Shown here one piece after another: positions 60,855 through 64,000 of a DNA stretch of 64,000 nt. A program made the translations under genes and the position numbers. Origin of the DNA: Octopus sinensis (Eukaryota); assembly GCF_006345805.1 (NCBI RefSeq), contig NC_043011.1, positions 37,088,464 to 37,152,463 of the forward strand, read 5' to 3'. Under the pieces are notes generated by a model. The model had not been told where the DNA came from and did not search any database. It saw only the letters and a list, made by a program, of their open reading frames with translations. The stretch's first letter is position 1. Each line of letters starts with the position of its first letter.

Positions 60855-61002
60855 AAGGGCCTCTTTCTGTTTTCGGCCATCAGATCCACGCATAAAACTT
60901 CGGAAGGTCTGAAGATACCTGTCCAAGTTGCTATGCAATGGGACTGAACCGAAAACCATTTGTTTGCGAAGCAAGCCTCTAACCATTCAGTTACACCTAC
61001 GC
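60855..61002 (-). mobile_element. SINE type A, 5' fragment, diverged
   Basis: gcaatgggactgaaccgaaaacc...gcgaagcaagcctctaacca...acacctacgcc. Confidence 0.65.
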
Positions 61003-61671
61003 CATTGATTACATTGCACATTTAAATTCTCTTTTGTTCAAAGTTTGCTATTAAAGTTTGTCATATACCTCAGTACCAGCATGGTGTCGGCAGTTGCGGT
61101 TGAGTATGAGCCCTGTAGAATACAGCTTTTCTTTAAAGATAATTAAGCATGTACTTCAATGGTTTCGTCTCAAACTTTTCGTCTCAAACATTGTAACAGA
61201 CCTATGTTATTTACTACAATGATTTTGAAATTGGAAAATTTTAGTTTCATTATAAGTGATATTTCACAGGTTTCTTTAGTTTTTATTAATACAAAGCTAA
61301 GATATACATTCATTCTTCCACATGGTATTGTGCAAACAAAATTCAGATCATCATAATTCTATAAAATATGGTAATTTATTCTTCCCACTTTTAGTAGTCA
61401 TAACTCATCTATGACAAAGACTGATCTAATACAAGTATGTACCCCAGCATGGCCGTAGCCAAATGACTGAAACAAATAAAAGATTAAAAGCAAAAGAGAT
61501 AGTGTATTTCCATTTAAAAAGAGTTGGGTATATATGTCATTCGTTTGACTGCAATTTCTAGCTGGACAAACAGCTCTGTAGCATGCTGATGTGATATATC
61601 TCAAAGCTCGCCCTGGTCTAGCAGACCTACAATCAAAACCATTTACACAGAGAACTGTTCGTTATTACTGA

Positions 61672-61983
61672 TACTTCCGTCTGTTACAACGACGAGTGTT
61701 CCAGATGATTTGATCAACGAACAACCTGTTCGAGGTATCAAATGTGAAAGTGTCTGAGTACTCCACAGACACCTGTATGCTTGATGTAATTCTAAGGGAG
61801 TTTCAGCGTGATACAGGGTATGACAAGGTAGGCATTTGAAACACAGGTACAATCATTTTTTATCAACCGGGTGGACTGGAATAAAGTGTCTTGCTCAAGG
61901 AAACATCGCGCCACCGAATATCGAACTCACGACGGTACGATCGTGAGCGAAACACACAAATCTCTAAGCTATACGTCTTCACG
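61672..61983 (-). mobile_element. SINE type C, diverged
   Basis: actccacagacac...aataaagtgtcttgctcaaggaaaca...tcgaactcacgac..tacgatcgtgagc. Confidence 0.8.
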
Positions 61984-62986
61984 TTGAGCACATTCTTAGA
62001 CACAAACACATACATTCATACACAGAAGAACCGTTCGTTTTAATCAGTCGACGACGTCGTTTCAACGATTTTAGCTGTTTTCCTTGTCTTAAAAATCAAA
62101 TCAGTTTCAATTCACACTTCGCCAGCTTTAAAAGACAAAAAAGATGGAGGACGTTTTAGACACTTCTTATCATGGATCTCTAAGTACAGACGGTATGAAC
62201 ACGGCTGAACCGATATCAGTCATAACTTTTCACGACCAGAGCAGATTTGGTGCTAAACAACAGAGACAACAAAAGCAACAACAAAAACAACAGCCGCAGC
62301 AGAAACAGCGCCGGTAGTAGCTGCAGCAACAAAGACAAGAACAGCGTGAACACTTGACAATAGAACCATCTTCAATAAAACAACCGATATTGTAGAAAAG
62401 AAGCAACAAAAATATGAAAAATATTCATGGAAGCAATACTTATTATAAAACATAATATGAAACTTAATATAGAAAGAACACAATCTGATAGCAGACAGCA
62501 TCAGTGAGAACATGTAAGAAAACAAAAATCAACAATGAAAGCAAAATTCAATATCAACCAATGATAAACAAGAGATTTAAAGTAACATAGAACCAAAAAG
62601 AAGGAAAAAAAACAAACTCTCGTGTTTCTATCCTATTATTGGTAAAAAGGAAATACCAATCTACATCTTATAGATGGTAGGTTGAAGAGGAACAAGACAC
62701 ATTGATGTTTATATGGGTCTTGGGAAATTATTGATCCAAACAAGAGAACGTAAAACCATTATAAGTAAGAAAATATAAAGACGGAATGCAATGCTGCAAA
62801 AGAGAACAAAAAGCAAAAGAACTGTCACCAATGCACACAGCACATAAAAGCATGCACCAATACACACACGCACACACATGCACAAACATACACACACACA
62901 TATATATACTTATATATATATGTATATGCACCCACACATGTATGCGTGCATATAGACGAATATGTAAGAAAATACATTTCTATGTA

Positions 62987-63039
<53 letters not shown>

Positions 63040-63041
<2 letters not shown>

Positions 63042-63089
63042 ATAGATAGATAGATAGATAGATAGATAGACAAATAGATAGTTAGATAG

Positions 63090-63172
<83 letters not shown>

Positions 63173-63209
63173 GACAAATAGATAGTTAGATAGATAGATA
63201 GAGAGATAA

Positions 63210-63266
<57 letters not shown>

Positions 63267-63405
63267 CAAATAGATAGTTAGATAGATAGATAGATAGATA
63301 GAAAGATAGATAAATAGATAGATAAATAGACAGATAGATAGAGAGACAAATAGATAGTTAGATAGATAGATAGTTAGATAGATAGATGGATAGATAGATA
63401 GATTT
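63040..63405. repeat. (GATA)n microsatellite
   Basis: Long interrupted gata run. Confidence 0.97.
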
Positions 63406-63692
63406 ATGTATATCAATCTATCTATCTACTTGTATATATGTGCGTGAGTGTGTGTTTGTGCATGTAACAAAGCATTACAAACTGATATATAAATACTATT
63501 GGAGATTGAAGGCCTGTATGTATGCATGTTTATTGTGCGTGTGACATTGGGTGGACCCGTATTTGAATAAACATTTAGAAAGTGAAAAAAATTGCGTTCA
63601 AACAGGTATGTTAGACATTCATATAATGATATGTAAATCGACAGACACGGAAAAGAAATCAATACAAAACATACATACGTGTATATATATAT

Positions 63693-63742
<50 letters not shown>

Positions 63743-63825
63743 CGGGGAAAATACATAATGTGGAGTACCGAACACACTTACACATTTGCTCATATATACT
63801 AACATATATACGTATATATTTATGA

Positions 63826-63863
<38 letters not shown>

Positions 63864-64000
63864 CACACACAGACATACACGACTTCATACTCACATAGAT
63901 AGATTCAGATATATATATTTATGTGCATATTCATGTATCTATGCATACATATATATTATATATATATATATATATATGTATACATAGATATATATACATA

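Overview
AT-rich, microsatellite-saturated eukaryotic DNA. The SINE families and (TA)n/(CA)n/(GATA)n density point to an octopod cephalopod, probably Octopus (inference from recalled repeat families; no search was run). Most of the window is repeat-derived: about 30 tRNA-derived SINE copies or fragments of four types (labelled A-D here), Helentron-associated HINE-like elements, a Helitron helicase scrap inside a foldback-like array, and relics of Penelope-like (PLE), RTE, R4/Dong, CR1-like and DD37D maT elements. No complete gene could be reconstructed and no rRNA, true tRNA or CRISPR array was seen. Candidate coding sequence is a 142-codon minus-strand ORF (22651-23079) and a few short plus-strand exons, including a duplicated 81-nt phase-1 exon. 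Nearly all long ORFs in the track are microsatellite artefacts. The most striking signal is a set of at least seven unrelated small type I hammerhead-ribozyme-like folds, mostly in short elements wedged into (TA)n tracts. One family carries a reciprocal G3:C8 swap of the catalytic-core base pair (37422-37472; decayed copy 23684-23734). A second theme is a high density of foldback inverted duplications anchored at (TA)n. All folds and alignments were done by eye.
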